Made by a program: the position numbers and the translations under genes. 64,000 nucleotides of DNA from Takakia lepidozioides (Eukaryota > Plantae > Bryophyta). The notes beneath the pieces are model-generated. The model was not told the DNA's origin. It saw only the letters and a list, made by a program, of their open reading frames with translations, and did no database searches. Shown one piece after another: positions 26,001 through 39,002 of the stretch. Position 1 is the stretch's first letter; every line of letters begins with the position of its first letter. Where the stretch lies: positions 9,796,001-9,860,000 of the forward strand of contig CM060731.1 of the NCBI GenBank assembly GCA_030704615.1, written 5' to 3'.

Positions 26001-29000
26001 TCAACCTAAGACAGTTTCTTATCCTCTCTGAGAAGGGAAGAAACTTTATAACATCCACACAGGGTCCCGAGAGAAATATCGTGTTTCTTCACTAGTATTA
26101 ACAGCAAGGGAGACTGATTCTTTCAAGATATCATCATCTGTTATAAAGTTCTAGGCACACCAAACGCCCCTAGATATATTCAGAACCGGTACAAATAGAG
26201 ATGCGCCATTTGGTGCTGTCCATTCATTTTTGGAAACTTAAACACATCTTTACAGTAGAGTTAACTGCTCATGCCACAGAAAAAGGTAATCAACCACACT
26301 TGCAGCTACTGCAGTCTCAAAGGGTTTACCTTCCCAAATGCGCAACAAAACTCCAGTATTTGCAATGCAGGCCCAATGGCATTTGCAGGAAGCTCAATGC
26401 CTGCAACAGCTAACAGAGGCTTGCCCTCGGGAAGTAATATCTCTTTCTCAGAGTCCTTCGCCATCTCCACTTGTACAATCTGTGTATGATCCATTTACCT
26501 GTTAGCAGGTTATCACTCAAATGCTGGATTTACAGATTCTTGATCTTCTGATACATTTGACATCAGCACATCAAAGACTAGCACAAAATAATATCTTGAT
26601 CCAATTGCAGAGTCTCATTAGATATCATCATGATGTCAAAGTTAGTGCTTGATTGCACAAGCTGGCTTCACTGGCATGAAACAAGACCACAAACCTGACA
26701 TATGCGTGGTGGAGGCACTGGAACAATGACATCATCCACTTTTGCCAGAATTCCTGTAGGGACCCAGCGGGCTCTCTTGGGCATTCTCATAACCATGGGC
26801 TTCTCACTTGGCGGAATCAATTCAGTCACATCCCCATTGCAAGCTGGTGTGCCTGTCTCAATCACAGTAACTGGAGGTTCCTTCCCACTTGGTCTCCTCA
26901 ATTCAGTTGGATGTATTGGTGCTTGAGTTGAGTCAAAATCCATGGCCATCAACTTCTCTACTCTTGCTCTTTTATGGCTCCTCACAGTGGCACATTGCCC
27001 AGGTTGGGATGCAGTTTGGGAGGAATGTGCTTTCCCTTTGACGTCTTGCTTGGAGGTAATGGCAGGCCTCAAAACTTCCTGGCAGACAAATAAACTGTGT
27101 GAGATTGTTTCAAGCATGTGTTCCCAAATGACTTGTCGACATATCCCTTTTGATAGCACCAGAGTACAAAATAAAACCGTGCCTGGTGAGGACCACTACC
27201 AGTTTTTCAGCCAACTGCTACAGACCCCATGCACCCAACTCTGAGACTCCAACCATGAGTACAAATCTCGGCCAATTGAGGGTAGGGTTATGAAACTGCA
27301 GAGACTGGAAGAGTCTGACAGTATCTACAAATCAACCATCTTCCTTAAGCATCATCACAGCCCAACTGCCATTCATTTCTATCTCTGTAATTTTCTACGG
27401 TCACGACATCATTTTATACTTTATTTGGATATTTCAATGAATGGTAGACCAAGAATGTGATTCAAGAGAAAGAAAGCGTTCAACCCCTTGATTTCACACT
27501 AGGTAAGTAGATACAGAAATGAAGGAAACCTGAACGGCACCCTGATGGTGTTCCAGAAGCTCAGCAACCGATCCATAACCAGTAGCCTTCGCTGTGTGAG
27601 TCAAACTACCTGTGGGAGGCAAGCCTTGCTTTTTCCTGCTTATTCACCTAACCAGAAACTCTTCAAAAGACAATTATATCAACACCCGAAGAGGTCAACG
27701 AGCTTCAGATGCTTCGAGAGAAATAGGCAATACTCAACCTCTGTTTGATAAATTATAAGCATCACACATATAACAGAGGCAGGCCACAAGATAAATTACA
27801 ATTCCTATTATGGCTTATGTTGTCATCTTAAGGAAACTGAGAACATATGTACCCTCTTCTTAACAGAGCAGGTGTCACCTTCCCTTCCTCCAGAGAACAG
27901 ACAAATTCTCCTGCTCTAATAGTACGAGGGATTGACAAAGACACCTTTCGAGAGCAAGGACATGCTTACATGCAAATACTGCAGTTGCAGATGCCGCGGC
28001 ATCGTGGGCAAGACCAGACCTCCAAATCCACAACATCTTCCACTTTTTCGCCATACCTTCACAGTTACACAGTATCTATTGTCTGATGGCTAATCTTCAT
28101 GAACTTAACAGATTTTGAAGCTATTTCCCAGAGATTCTCCGCACATGAAAGCTGCTTTATACACAGCACTGGTGTAGCTATCTCCATTGAGTCCTAAGTG
28201 AGCTACAAAAGGCATGGAGTTAAATCGAGAAAGATGAACGCAGGCACAAGACTGCAGCAGAACAATATCAAGGGATTCTTCAAAAACAAAGATGTGGGGA
28301 GCAGAATGAGCACATGCACACACTGCAAGGAAGGAAGTTCTTGTGATCTTAAACCAACCTTCTCAATATTAGAGAAAAATACTTGTACTCTCATCTCTCT
28401 ACACCCTTGCCAATCTCTGTTTACCTCCCAGACTATGCCTCTAGGAGAAAATGTAAAGGAGTAAGCAGGGGTGACTGACCGGTTCAAGAGGCACTTGGGG
28501 CAGAACTTTTGGCTGCAAGCCTTGTTCTCAGTAGTTCTCCTGCAAGGTGCCATGTATTCAAGTGTCTTCTGTCGGCACTGCCAATATGGTTGCCAACCAA
28601 GATTTAGTCCAATGGATGCAAAGTGATCCAAGAATAGCAGATGCCTTCCCAGCATTAGAAATCAGGGAAATAACTGACATAAGATAGGATGTCAGTTTTG
28701 TGCTGGCCTTAGCAAAGAGCAGCTCTTAATTGCCAACAAAGGCTTTTGTATATTGAACTATCTCTCTCTCTCTCTCTCCATGACAGAGAAATGATGGAGA
28801 TCAGAAGTCACCTGGTGACAGGTCTGCCCATTTTCAGAGTCATAGATTCGTCCACCAATAATCCGGACTCCAGGGCAGCTCTGTCGCTTAGCAGATACCT
28901 CTGAACTACCATCTGGCAAAGCAGGCATCTTTCTCTTTTGACTATCTTGGACTTCCACCTTGGCTCTATCCTCAAACTCCTGGGAGCCACCAGGAACCTT

Positions 29001-30242
29001 TGATCGCCCCTCGGTCTTTAAATGGCTGCCACGAGTAGCACGGTGAACTACTGCTCTCTCATTGCTTTGAGGTGAATCTGCAGGCGGGACCACAGCATTT
29101 TCAACCTCCTTTCTGGTCTTGAGGTCCTTATCTGCAAGAGGCAATCTCCGGGTCTTCCTTCTGGTAGCTTTCAGCTCTCCCTGTCTTGGACTGGGGTGCG
29201 ATTGTTCTAGTGGTGAATCTGCAGGCGGGACCACATCATTTTCAACCTCCTTTCTGGTCTTGAGGTCCTTATCTGCTAGAGGCAATCTCCGGGTCTTCCT
29301 TCTGGTAGCTTTCAGCTCTCCCTGTCTTGGACTGGGGTGCGATTGTTCTAGTGGTGAATCTGCAGGCGGGACCACAGCATTTTCAACCTCCTTTCTGGTC
29401 ATGAGGTCCTTATCTGCTAGAGGCAATCTCCGGGTCTTCCTTCTGGTAGCTTTCAGCTCTCCCTGTCTTGGACTGGGGTGCGATTGTTCTAGTTGTCCAG
29501 CAGGCTTGGAAAAGACCTGTATAGATCTTGAAGGAGACTTGGCTGGAGTCTGCCCTTCAGGATTTTGCAAGCTTGAAGACTTGACTGAAGAATCAGAGTG
29601 CTTAGTGGATTTTCCATGTGGACCAAGCAGTGTTTCTGCCTCTGCTTGTTTGGCTAGCCTGATGAAGCCCTTTTTCTTTCCCGTTACTGACCCCCCAAGC
29701 TCAAGATTTTTTGGGGATTTCTGTACACATCCAGGGGGATTGCGCCAATAGCTGAGAGGAGATTCGGCGGAGAGTTCACGTGAAACCACATCCCCATCTT
29801 TCAAGCTGCAGCCTTCACCTGCCCTCTCACTTGCAAAATTGCAATTCAAGCTCCCACTTTCACTGCCATAACCACTGCCATCTGTGCTGCCTATTTCTAC
29901 AGGGTTTGTGTGCTTTCTGCCTCTCAAAGCAGACTTCTTCAAGACTTCAGGTTCATCCGCAGACTTGTTAACCAAAGGTGACTGTTTGGAGCGTGACGGT
30001 GACCCTTTCTGAACTTTGCTCGGCCCTCCATCTCCTTCCAGCAAAGATTTCCTCACTTTTGTCGTATCTTGACTAAACTTCTCTGTAACAGTTTTGGATG
30101 TCCCTTCTGTTTTTGATGATATCAAAACTGTTGCTTGTGAATTGGAGGCTGATGCTCTGGTTTTAATTCTCCGAATTTCACCTGGACAGTCTTTCAGAGC
30201 CTTTGAGGGAGATACATTGTCGATGTCCTTCCTTGTCTTCAT
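23057..30242 (-). CDS. zf-4CXXC_R1 (CDCA7-type) zinc finger plus DDT/WHIM domain chromatin protein, about 1131 aa, 13 exons
   Basis: GT-AG exons 30242-28812, 28577-28480, 28056-27970, 27635-27530, 27078-26695, 26479-26330, 25892-25756, 25431-25132, 24912-24822, 24487-24313, 24002-23892, 23517-23424, 23288-23057 (3396 nt, in frame). Motifs [55 protein letters not shown]; DDT-like [16 protein letters not shown]; WHIM1-like [22 protein letters not shown]; acidic tail. A short extra first exon near 33605 (MARKATAKSKNL) is possible. Confidence 0.88.
29070..29492 (-). repeat. In-frame coding tandem repeat, 3 x 141 bp (47 aa)
   Basis: [30 protein letters not shown](M/K)TRKEVEN(A/D)VVPPADSP three times, nearly identical in DNA. 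Confidence 0.97.
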
Positions 30243-30312
30243 GCCCTGTTTACAAGCAGCATGTAAATATCTTGAATCAGTTTTTGCATCTCTCTCTCTC
30301 TCTCTCTAATCT

Positions 30313-30918
30313 TTGCCGCGTTACTAGGCCTACCTTGGAGTACGCATCTGCTGTGTGGGTTGATAACTCCAACCAGGCTAAGTCTCTAGAATCCATTCAA
30401 GTGGGGGTGCTCAACAAGTGCATGTCAGCATGCTCCAAAACAGCTAATGTGGCTGTTCAGGGTGAGTTTGGCATTCCTTCCTTAAGCTCCTGACGCGATG
30501 AATTCAAGGTCAAATGGTGGGGTCAGCTGTGACATATGACTAATACCAACTAATACCAGATATCTTAAGTTAATCGACTCTATATCGTGGACCCTGTCAA
30601 CCAGGCCAAGTCCTGGCAGAAGAGGGTAGAAGAGATTTCAAGGATCTGAATCTAAGTCCGCAAGCCATGACCGTGCAGGATAAATCTGACTTAGAGGCTG
30701 AAGTTTCCCAAGCCACGTCTGTTGCCAGGAACTTGTCTGATGAAAAAGAAGGTAGGCAGACTACTTCCCTGACCCTGTTTCCAGTCTGTGACATGGGTGA
30801 GGCAATCATGGATGACCTCAAGGATTTACCCACTCTCGGTACTGGCCTGAAATTCAGACTCAGGGCAGGTAGCCGACCTTTGAACAGCAAACAGACGCAG
30901 AGAGGAAAGGGGGATTGT
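30313..30918 (+). mobile_element. LINE 3' fragment (post-RT region and start of Cys finger), family X
   Basis: RPTLEYASAVW, TANVAVQGEFG, LKFRLRAGS..LNSKQ..RGKGDC with stops; begins next to a (TC)n tract; homologous to 49236-50140 and 58780-59451. Confidence 0.75.
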
Positions 30919-33900
30919 CTCTCACCGAGCTTTGCCTTCAAGAGATTTTCAACAGGGCTGCGGCCAGCAAGGTTTAAGCACGATCTTGCCTTCATTGTGT
31001 TGGTCGAGCTGCCTATGCAGTTATGGGGAAGCCATGGCTCAGTTGTCAAAACAAACAGGAAGTTACACTCGGCCCTTAAATGTGCTTTGCAGTTATTGTT
31101 GTTGCGTGAACGGATATGTGCATTGTTGCAGACTAGTCTGCCTCAAACTTTCAAGGTTCTGTGCAGTGTCACACTTTTACTGTTACTCTTGCAATCTTTC
31201 ACTTGCTTAGATCTACATGTTGAATAACGATAGCAAGCATGAAGACCTGCTACTCACCTTGCGCATCCTCACTAACACGCATTCTGTTGGATGTGGTGGT
31301 TTTTGGGACGGGTGCACGAGAGGGTCCTTCACCTTTCATGGGTGTCTAAGCTATATGTGTAAGTTGGATAGATGATGGAAATCACCTATCGCATGAGGCA
31401 GCCACTGCCTAGGATGAATGGTACAACACTTGACAACAGCCTCATGTTTCTGTGAGGGAAGTTTTTTACGGAAGTAATCTACCATTGGGATCTGATACCA
31501 GCGGGTTCTGGATACCCATCTTGACTGGATCAATCTCAGTTTACAGCCCAGCTGAGTCTTTGCATTTTGAATACTGTGTTTGTTTTGTTTTAAGACATGG
31601 CAGTACACCCCATTCGGGCTATGGTGAAAGACTTGGATTTGTCTCAGTTTTGAGACATGAATTGCAGGAGTGTTGATGCTACTTTGATGAAACCAAATAA
31701 TCCTCAATAGAGAAGTACTATGCTCAGACATTTACTGTGGGCAGAGATCTCAATGGTTTTAAGCAAGCACTCGTTTGCGGAAGTAACGGCTAAGGCTGAC
31801 GTGGAGGTCACTGATCTACAGTCCACATGCTAAAAAGCACCAATGTCGGTTATCTGGAAATCCCACTATGACAGAGAATATGAATGTTGTTCAGTATGAT
31901 GTCGGTCACTATGAAGAAAGGTGGTGTTTTGAAGGATTTCTAACAATCCCCACCACCCACCCCAATGACCCAAAAGTGTGAAACAAATCAGGAGCAAGAC
32001 TGTGGTTTAGGAGAAGGGTGATTTGCAATGCAAGGCTGTTTTTCCCTGGTTTTTAAGAAAAAAACTCTGATCTGGTCAAGTCCTGACAGATCCTTCCTTG
32101 TCGTGACAAAACAAGCCCTACCTCTCCCGCCTGTGTCTTGATGGTGGCTAAGTTTTTGGTAACACCACTCAAGTATTGCCTAATCCCGTTATTTTGTCAG
32201 GGATTTTTTGCCTGGAACAGCATGGGTTGATAGGAAACAGGTTAGGGTTCTCCCTAGGTCCTAACCTAAAGCAGCCAACCCACATTGTCAGAAGAGAGGC
32301 TGCCCTGTAAGGGTAGAAGCCCTGGTTGGAAGACACCTCCTGTAATTCTTTGTCCCTACCTTGGAATAGGTCATGGCTACATGGATACACTTTGACACTA
32401 TGCCCTCCTGGGGGCTCAAGTATGCACACATGGAGCAATTTGAATTTGCAGAACCGCTTCAAAGAACCAATCCCGTAACTGCTGAGCTACGACTTTCCTC
32501 ATGGCTGCACTTTTCACTAGACTCTACCACAAGTGTTAGAGTATGAATCTATGGAGGTTTCTGCTCTACTTGTGGAAACTAGGAAGGACCTTATGGTCCA
32601 AGCCTTGCTTGCACATGGTGACACCTTATGTAAGCAATTGCAAGATTTGTAAGCATACATCTGAGTTTTGCAGAACTTGTGAGGTGTGTATGTAAAGGCT
32701 AGAGTCTGTATTGAAGGAGCTGGACCATGTCCAGATGTATAATGTCATTATTAAAAAGTAGATCCAAATGATCTTGGACTGGACAAGTCTTTGACATGAC
32801 TAAACACAACACACACACTCTCTCTCTCATGTATATCAAACTTCCCTTTGTTCTTCCTGGGTCACTGTCCCTTAAAGCTGCTTTCCATTCATGCAGGAAG
32901 CAAACCCCCATGTGCAACAGAGACTACGCAAATTCGGAATTAACCAGTTAACAACAGAGAAAAAAAAGCACGTGTAATAAACGTGGAGAAAAAGACGATG
33001 AACAAAGAAGCATTTGAGAATGCTAGGGTAATCTGGATTGGAAAGACAATATCCCCTAAAATCCCAGTTGTATTCATGACTGGAACTTGCAGGATAGTTT
33101 TTCTGGGGACAAGCGAGGGAAAACAAATCAGAGAGGCAATGGTGTTCATTTTAGTACAGATCACTTGAAATCCCTCTTGCCACCAAGCAGACAAGCTTCG
33201 ACTACTTAGATAGGTGGTTTTCTTAACAGTGCAAAGAATGGATGATTAAATTTCACGACTACTGTTAATCCTTGGATCGCATATCTATTTCTCCGTCAGC
33301 GTCTCTCAGCTGATGCCCGTTTGAAAATAAGAACAAGGGGCTATACGGAGCTCATCAGGAATATTCTTAAGAGCTAGCGAATGGATCGACAGCGAAAGGC
33401 TGAGATAGCTGGCAAGACAAACAACGGAAAAGCTACTAGACACCCACGGAAACAAACTGTGTCTCTCTGTCTCCTTCAACTCTCAGGATCAGGGGTAAAA
33501 TGAAAACGGAGAGGACATAATCACAGAAGAAGGCGATGAAAACTGCGAGAAGGTTTTACTGTAGCTTGCCAGATTTTTAGACTTTGCTGTTGCCTTTCGT
33601 GCCATTCTTGTTTGTTCTTGCTACACTGATCGCCTGCCTCCGGTCACGTGCCTTCTGCTCTCGTTCCCCTGTATCCACCTCCTATACAGTCCACCGATAT
33701 CTCTAGATCAACATCCGGCAGCTGCAGATGTTAAATCACTTCACCGGTTTTCAGGCTTCCTTCGCGACATCTATCTGTCTCAAGCACATGTAAAGGAAAC
33801 GTTCTTTGGACAACTGATGTGAATGTATCATCATGAATCTCCCTTCCTGCCTCATTAGTCCATGTGAACGATGCACCAGAGCTAGCGAGCCTCCATAACC

Positions 33901-34528
33901 TATTCAAACCTGGCTCCCGCCGCACAGGGTCTCTCATCCAGATTTAGCGAAACATTTAGTAAAACATTCTTCAAAACACATGAAAATTCAGCGATGGTGT
34001 CGTGCACGATGACATGAAATGAAATGAAGTGAAGTGGGGCATGTGTGAGTTTCATCTCCCTAATCATTACATGCCAGACTGTTCATCCTCATTTATATCT
34101 AGGCGGCTACCACCTACATAGGGATAGCAGACGTTTAAAGTTTAAACCTCCCGCTTCACTTGAGGCCATCTCTTTCCCGGAGACATCTTTGAGTCTTTAC
34201 ACTTGGCCTGAGTGTTAGAATCCAATTGGGACATCTATCTTTTCTTCTCCTTGTTGCGATTTTGTCCACCACAAAGATTGTACTGTTTGGTGGTAAAAAT
34301 AGTGGACTCCAATGTGGGAATGTGTTTGATGTATCTCTCTCAAGGAATCCATAGTTTTACATGGCCACATGCAACTGCACTAACCATCGAGCAATGTGCA
34401 GCATACAATAATAATAATAAATAATCCCCCCAAGTTCGTGGTGAAAGACTTTATTTACAACATGTACAATGGGTGAACGTGCATATGGTGAGAAGTTCCC
34501 AAAAAGGGGGGGGGAGGAACAAGAAACA

Positions 34529-34640
34529 AGAGAAGAAAACAAAAAGCTATAGTAAGCTACTGAACTAGAGAAGAAAACAAAAGCTATAGTAAGCTACTCA
34601 ACCAGCGACGAAAACAGAAGCTATAGTAAGCTACTCAAGC
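34529..34640. repeat. 37-bp tandem repeat (3 copies) in the 3' UTR of the CRE element
   Basis: agctatagtaagctact at 34545, 34582 and 34619; the last copy overlaps the ORF stop codon. Confidence 0.85.
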
Positions 34641-37600
34641 AGAACGACCCTCCCAGCCAACAGCCTGGAGGAGATCAGACAAGAAGATAGGCAAAGTGTC
34701 AGGCAGAGGCGGAAGATGAGATGACGCGGAGCTAGCCACATCAGCCCAATGCAAAATAGATATGGCTTGTGCTCTCTGCAAAGCAACTGAAACACGTTGT
34801 CGATAGTAGGCGATAAGGACGGAGGCATGTGGGATGTCAGTGGACCCGCTCTCGGCTGCATGATGTGCACATGTCCGCAAGAAATCGTCGAAGTGCCGGT
34901 GCAATGAGCCAAATATCTCAACCGTCAGTGGAAGAAATGTGTCGGTAGGGTGACGATCGTTGTAGTTGCGCTCCTTGGCCTGAGCTGCTACAGTGGCTGC
35001 CGTGCCTAGTGTGGTAGCTGCGCGAGATAGCAGATCCGCTCGAGTGGGGTCGGCGAGAACGACATCTGTTAGGGTACGCAAACCATCTCTAGATAGGACG
35101 ATGTCAACACGGCAGCGTGTAGAGTGAGACGTGAGCGTGGGTCGTAGATGTGGTTGCTCACGCAATACATGATACCCTGCCTCCCGAGCAATAGATGTCA
35201 CCGCATCGCGAACCATATCATGAGACGCAGTGCGCTCACCACCACATAGACAGCGGAGGAGATGGATGGCAAGGTCATCGATGGGTTGAAGACAGACGCA
35301 GCGCTGAAGGCCCAATGCCGAAGGATGAGGCAAACCGAGTCGAAGGCGGAGCGCAGTAGTGAAAATAGGGGATGAGAGGCGAAAAGGTGCGATAGCGGGT
35401 CGTGCTGCCAACCATGCCCCTGCTCCGGGTCCTGCGCATGATAGAAGTCGGGCTCGATGCAACTCAGAAGAAGTACTTGAGAGCATGCCGGAAAAGGAAT
35501 GATGGTGCACGCGCTCGGAAATGGACTCCTGAAGATGGTCGAGGCCTTGAGCAACCAACTGCTCAAATGGTGGTAGACATGCTCGCGCCAATGCCGGAAG
35601 AAGATCTCGTGCAGAGCGGAGATGTTGCTGGAAGGGTAAAATGCCACTGTCGACATGTACAACGGCGTCCATAAGGATGGAACGATGGTCACAGAGAAAT
35701 CATGAAGCGAGGGCTGGCGCCACCAACGCCCAACTGCCGAGGAAAGCTGACGGGGCGGTAGTGACAGTAGACAAAAGACCCACACCACCGGAAGAGACGG
35801 GCATGGTGGCTTGCTGTCGTGGCAAAAGTCCTTGAGCACCCTCCAGAGCTCCTGGTCCTAAAAATCTCCCGAAGATAGTCATCATGGTAGTATCAAACCC
35901 AAATAAGAGGTGTAGGAAATCTGGGCTGGGTATAACAGTGCGCAAGAGATATGAGGGATGCTGAAGGAAACATTTGGTCAAGATTCCATATGCTACCTAT
36001 ACATCTCCAAGCCTAGGAAGGAGATCGGCGTGGGTGACATCTTGGTGGAGTGCATCCTCCAAGAAGGACGTTGTGAATTGGATGGTGCCAAAAGGGACTC
36101 CCAGGATTCTGATGCCATTGGGCGGAGCAATGAAGTGAGTAGGGAGGACAAAATCTGCAGGGAGACCGGACGGAGACCACACTGCACATTTGCGAGGTTG
36201 CACTGAAAGGCCCACGACAGAGAGTTGGGTGACAAAATGATGGTAAGCTAAAAGTACCTGTGAGGCAGGGCCTACAATGTGCGTGTCGTCTACCACCGAC
36301 GGAAAAAGACAAGATGAGTGTACTTGTGCAGAAGCCGTGAGGGCGCGGACATGAGCCATGGCAAACAAATGTTCTCCTAAAGGGTCGCCTTGGTGGGTCC
36401 CACTCTCGGACTGAATGATGGAGCACTCACCTAGGCGAGAATGATGACTGTAGTATAGGGGAGTGGTGGATGCATAAAATAATCGAACAAACGGAATGAG
36501 CTAGTGGAAATCTCCTCCGGCTGAACGGAGCTCTTGAAAGATAGCCGTTCGTGACACAATGTTGAAAGCGTTGGTGACGTCGACCTGGGGAACCACCCAA
36601 TCCGGATGAAGATCAAGAGCTGCACGAATCCCCTGAACCACCGCCTCGCAACCTCCTAGAGTGGCGACCCCGAACTGGTGCGGAAAGAGGTGTCCGGAGA
36701 AGGTATCTCGAAACTGAAGACAAAGTGAGCGGCTGACAAGGCGGTAAAGAACCTCTCCAACTGCGATAGGGCGGATGCCAGTACCTGAGGGTTTGCTCAT
36801 AGCCAACAATCTGGAGGCCCCAAGGAGACGGGCCACTGGGGTAGGGATAAGGCCAGCAGCAATAAATGAGCAAATCTGAAATAGCTGAGAGAAGCCACTA
36901 GCAGAGTCATGTGGAGAGAAACATTCGCGTAAGTGCTCATACAGGAGACCGGAAAGACCTGCCGCTGCAAGATGGGGACTGCGCGTGAAGGCCTGAGTGA
37001 AGACCTCCCGATCTAGCTTGAGATCCTGGCTCGAAGTCCTCGACAAAAAACGGCATAATATCCTGAGCTGATGGGTGAAGGGCTTCAAGGGCAGTGACAG
37101 TATCCGGTGATGGAGGCGCTGGTGAGGAAGGTGCTAAAGCCTTGGCCGCACGTGAGTACTCGCCAACGCAGCCTAACATGAGACTATGACGAAGTCGCCT
37201 GTGGGCCGATGATGGTGGCTGTGTGGAGGAAGCAGGAGGGGCGCGTGCCGCAAGGGCTAGTGCCCGTAATTGATGCTCATCTTGCAGACTCTCCCAATCT
37301 CCAAATAAAAAACGGCAAAGACGGATGCGCGTCTCTCGGTGCCCTGACTGACCGCCACGAGGGGGCAAAACCAAACATCACTGAGGAAATAACAAGAAAA
37401 AGATACCATGCTGGTATATCATCAGGATCACGAGCCAGCTTGTCTAAGGGCAGACGGAGTGCCAATTGGACCTCATGACGCAGTGCCACCGGAATTCTTG
37501 TATAAAGACGAGGCCTTGGCAGTCCTAGCTGAAATGCGCCCAGAACATCTAGCGCTGAAAGCCAATGCCATGCAGAGGCAGGAGGTGGCGCATGCAAGAC

Positions 37601-38419
37601 ACTGGGCTGAAATGGAGAAGTACCATTTGTGTGGGACTGATGAAGAGCCGCACACGTGCGCTGGTGTCGCGCAAGCCCTCTGATGCGCGTAAAAAGACGA
37701 CCCGCAAGCTGGGCATGGGGTACGGTCTGATGGGAGAGGCGCCTGCTGTTGGGATAAGAGTGATAGGGTCGGCAATGCAGGCTGCACAACTGGAGAAGAA
37801 GACACGTGGAGAAGCTCATGACCAAGAGGAGTTGGGCTGCCTTGAAGCCGCTGCCGAGAATGGGATGGAGAACCTGGAGGAGAAGTGATTGGCGTGGGAC
37901 CTCGAACCCTACCTGAGAGGCGCAGTGGGGGAGGGCTCAACAGACACTGTGGGAGTTCTTCGGTCGGTGGGGCGCCAATGGAAGAACCTGGAATCAGCGG
38001 TGGAGAATACCGTTGTGAAGAAGACGACTCTTCTTGAACTTGGTGTCTGGAGCTTGGACTCTGGTGCGCATCAGGAACATGTGAGCTAAGGGTAGGGGTA
38101 CGTTGGCCATGGGGTCTTCCAAGAGGAGCAGGTCTTCCAGCAGGAGCAGTTGCGGCTGTGTTCAACACCTCTCGTTGCTCTGGGGAGCGAACTGTCAAGG
38201 ATGGTGGAGTAGGCCGTAAAGGGGTTGTGGTGAGGGCTGGAGCTGGCTGCCTGTATGGCGTCGGGGCTGAACGAGCTGGGGGACGAGCCGATCGAGGCCG
38301 CCTGACCGGCGTGGGGCCCACTGTTGCACAACATCCGCTTGCTCGCTTAGCGCTGCTATAATTTACAGAGCCTACTGCTCAACACACATGCCATCGAGGG
38401 CCCAATGGACAGTTTGAAG

Positions 38420-38502
38420 GCACGTGTTAAAGGATTGAACCCATGATCACCTAGGATATGCACACGCAACACACAAACACCCAATCACTAGGCTACGTGC
38501 TC
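38420..38502 (-). promoter_or_regulatory. tRNA-like (SINE-head) sequence with Pol III A and B boxes at the 5' end of the CRE element
   Basis: Minus strand GAGCACGTAGCCTAGTGATTGG...GGGTTCAATCCTTTAACACGTGC: A-box-like TAGCCTAGTGA, B box GGTTCAATCC, GCACGT/ACGTGC acceptor-stem-like pairing. No credible anticodon arm, so not called a tRNA gene. Confidence 0.65.
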
Positions 38503-38516
38503 AAGTAAGTAAGTAG

Positions 38517-39002
38517 CAGTTCCTCCTCTTCAGGCAGAAAAAAGCCTAAAAGCACCAAAAAAAAAAATGTGGGCCTGCGACACTCTCGTATACCAAAAAA
38601 ACAAGGGCAAAAATGAAAAATATCGCCGAAACGGGGACGAGGCCTGGCGAGCTAGTGCCAGAAAGCACCTAGGGAACCCACCCGTTTCGCCATGGAACGG
38701 GGGAGCATGGCGCCCTAAATCCAAGGGCTGGCGCCCCATTGCCAGCACGATTTTGCCACATGCACCTATCTCCACCGTCGAATCTCCAGCCAACAGCATA
38801 TTGCACATAAATATGTAGCCATATTGCAGCCATATATAGTAGCCATATGGCCATTGCACCGTCCGATCGCCATATTGCACAATATATTGCGTACCATAGC
38901 CAGGTGAATTCTAAGTGGACATTGTACTTGTCGCCACCTCTGCACTCAGTCCCAAAATATTTCGCCACCTCCACGCCAAGGCAAAAATGAAAAAAAAGGC
39001 TG
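38517..39002. mobile_element. Probable old non-autonomous hAT element inserted in a (TAAG)n tract
   Basis: CAG...CTG termini, 8-bp flanks gtaagtag / gtaagtaa, repeated tcgcc(a) and ggcaaaaatgaaaaa motifs; TIR poorly conserved. Confidence 0.45.

Larger units (their letters stand above)
34426..38502 (-). mobile_element. Near full-length, frameshifted CRE-clade non-LTR retrotransposon (zinc finger, RT, restriction-like endonuclease)
   Basis: CPACG..F/GLARHQRTC finger; RT motifs GIRPIAVGEVLYRLVSR, HQFGV..GGCEA, DVTNAFN, frameshifted QGDPLG, VVDDTH; C-terminal CVC..HLLRC..SHDMVRD, RVDIV..TDV, AKERNY, FLPLTVEIFG (PD-(D/E)xK RLE). Split over at least seven ORF pieces. Confidence 0.85.

Noticed and set aside
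31489-31500. tRNA-iMet primer-binding-site-like TGGTATCAGA on the minus strand, with faint copia-like traces at 31700-32650
   Set aside because: No adjacent LTR terminus, no paired LTRs and no convincing ORF; at most an unresolvable old remnant.
38420-38502. Functional tRNA gene
   Set aside because: No proper anticodon stem-loop and irregular T-arm spacing; treated as a tRNA-derived head.
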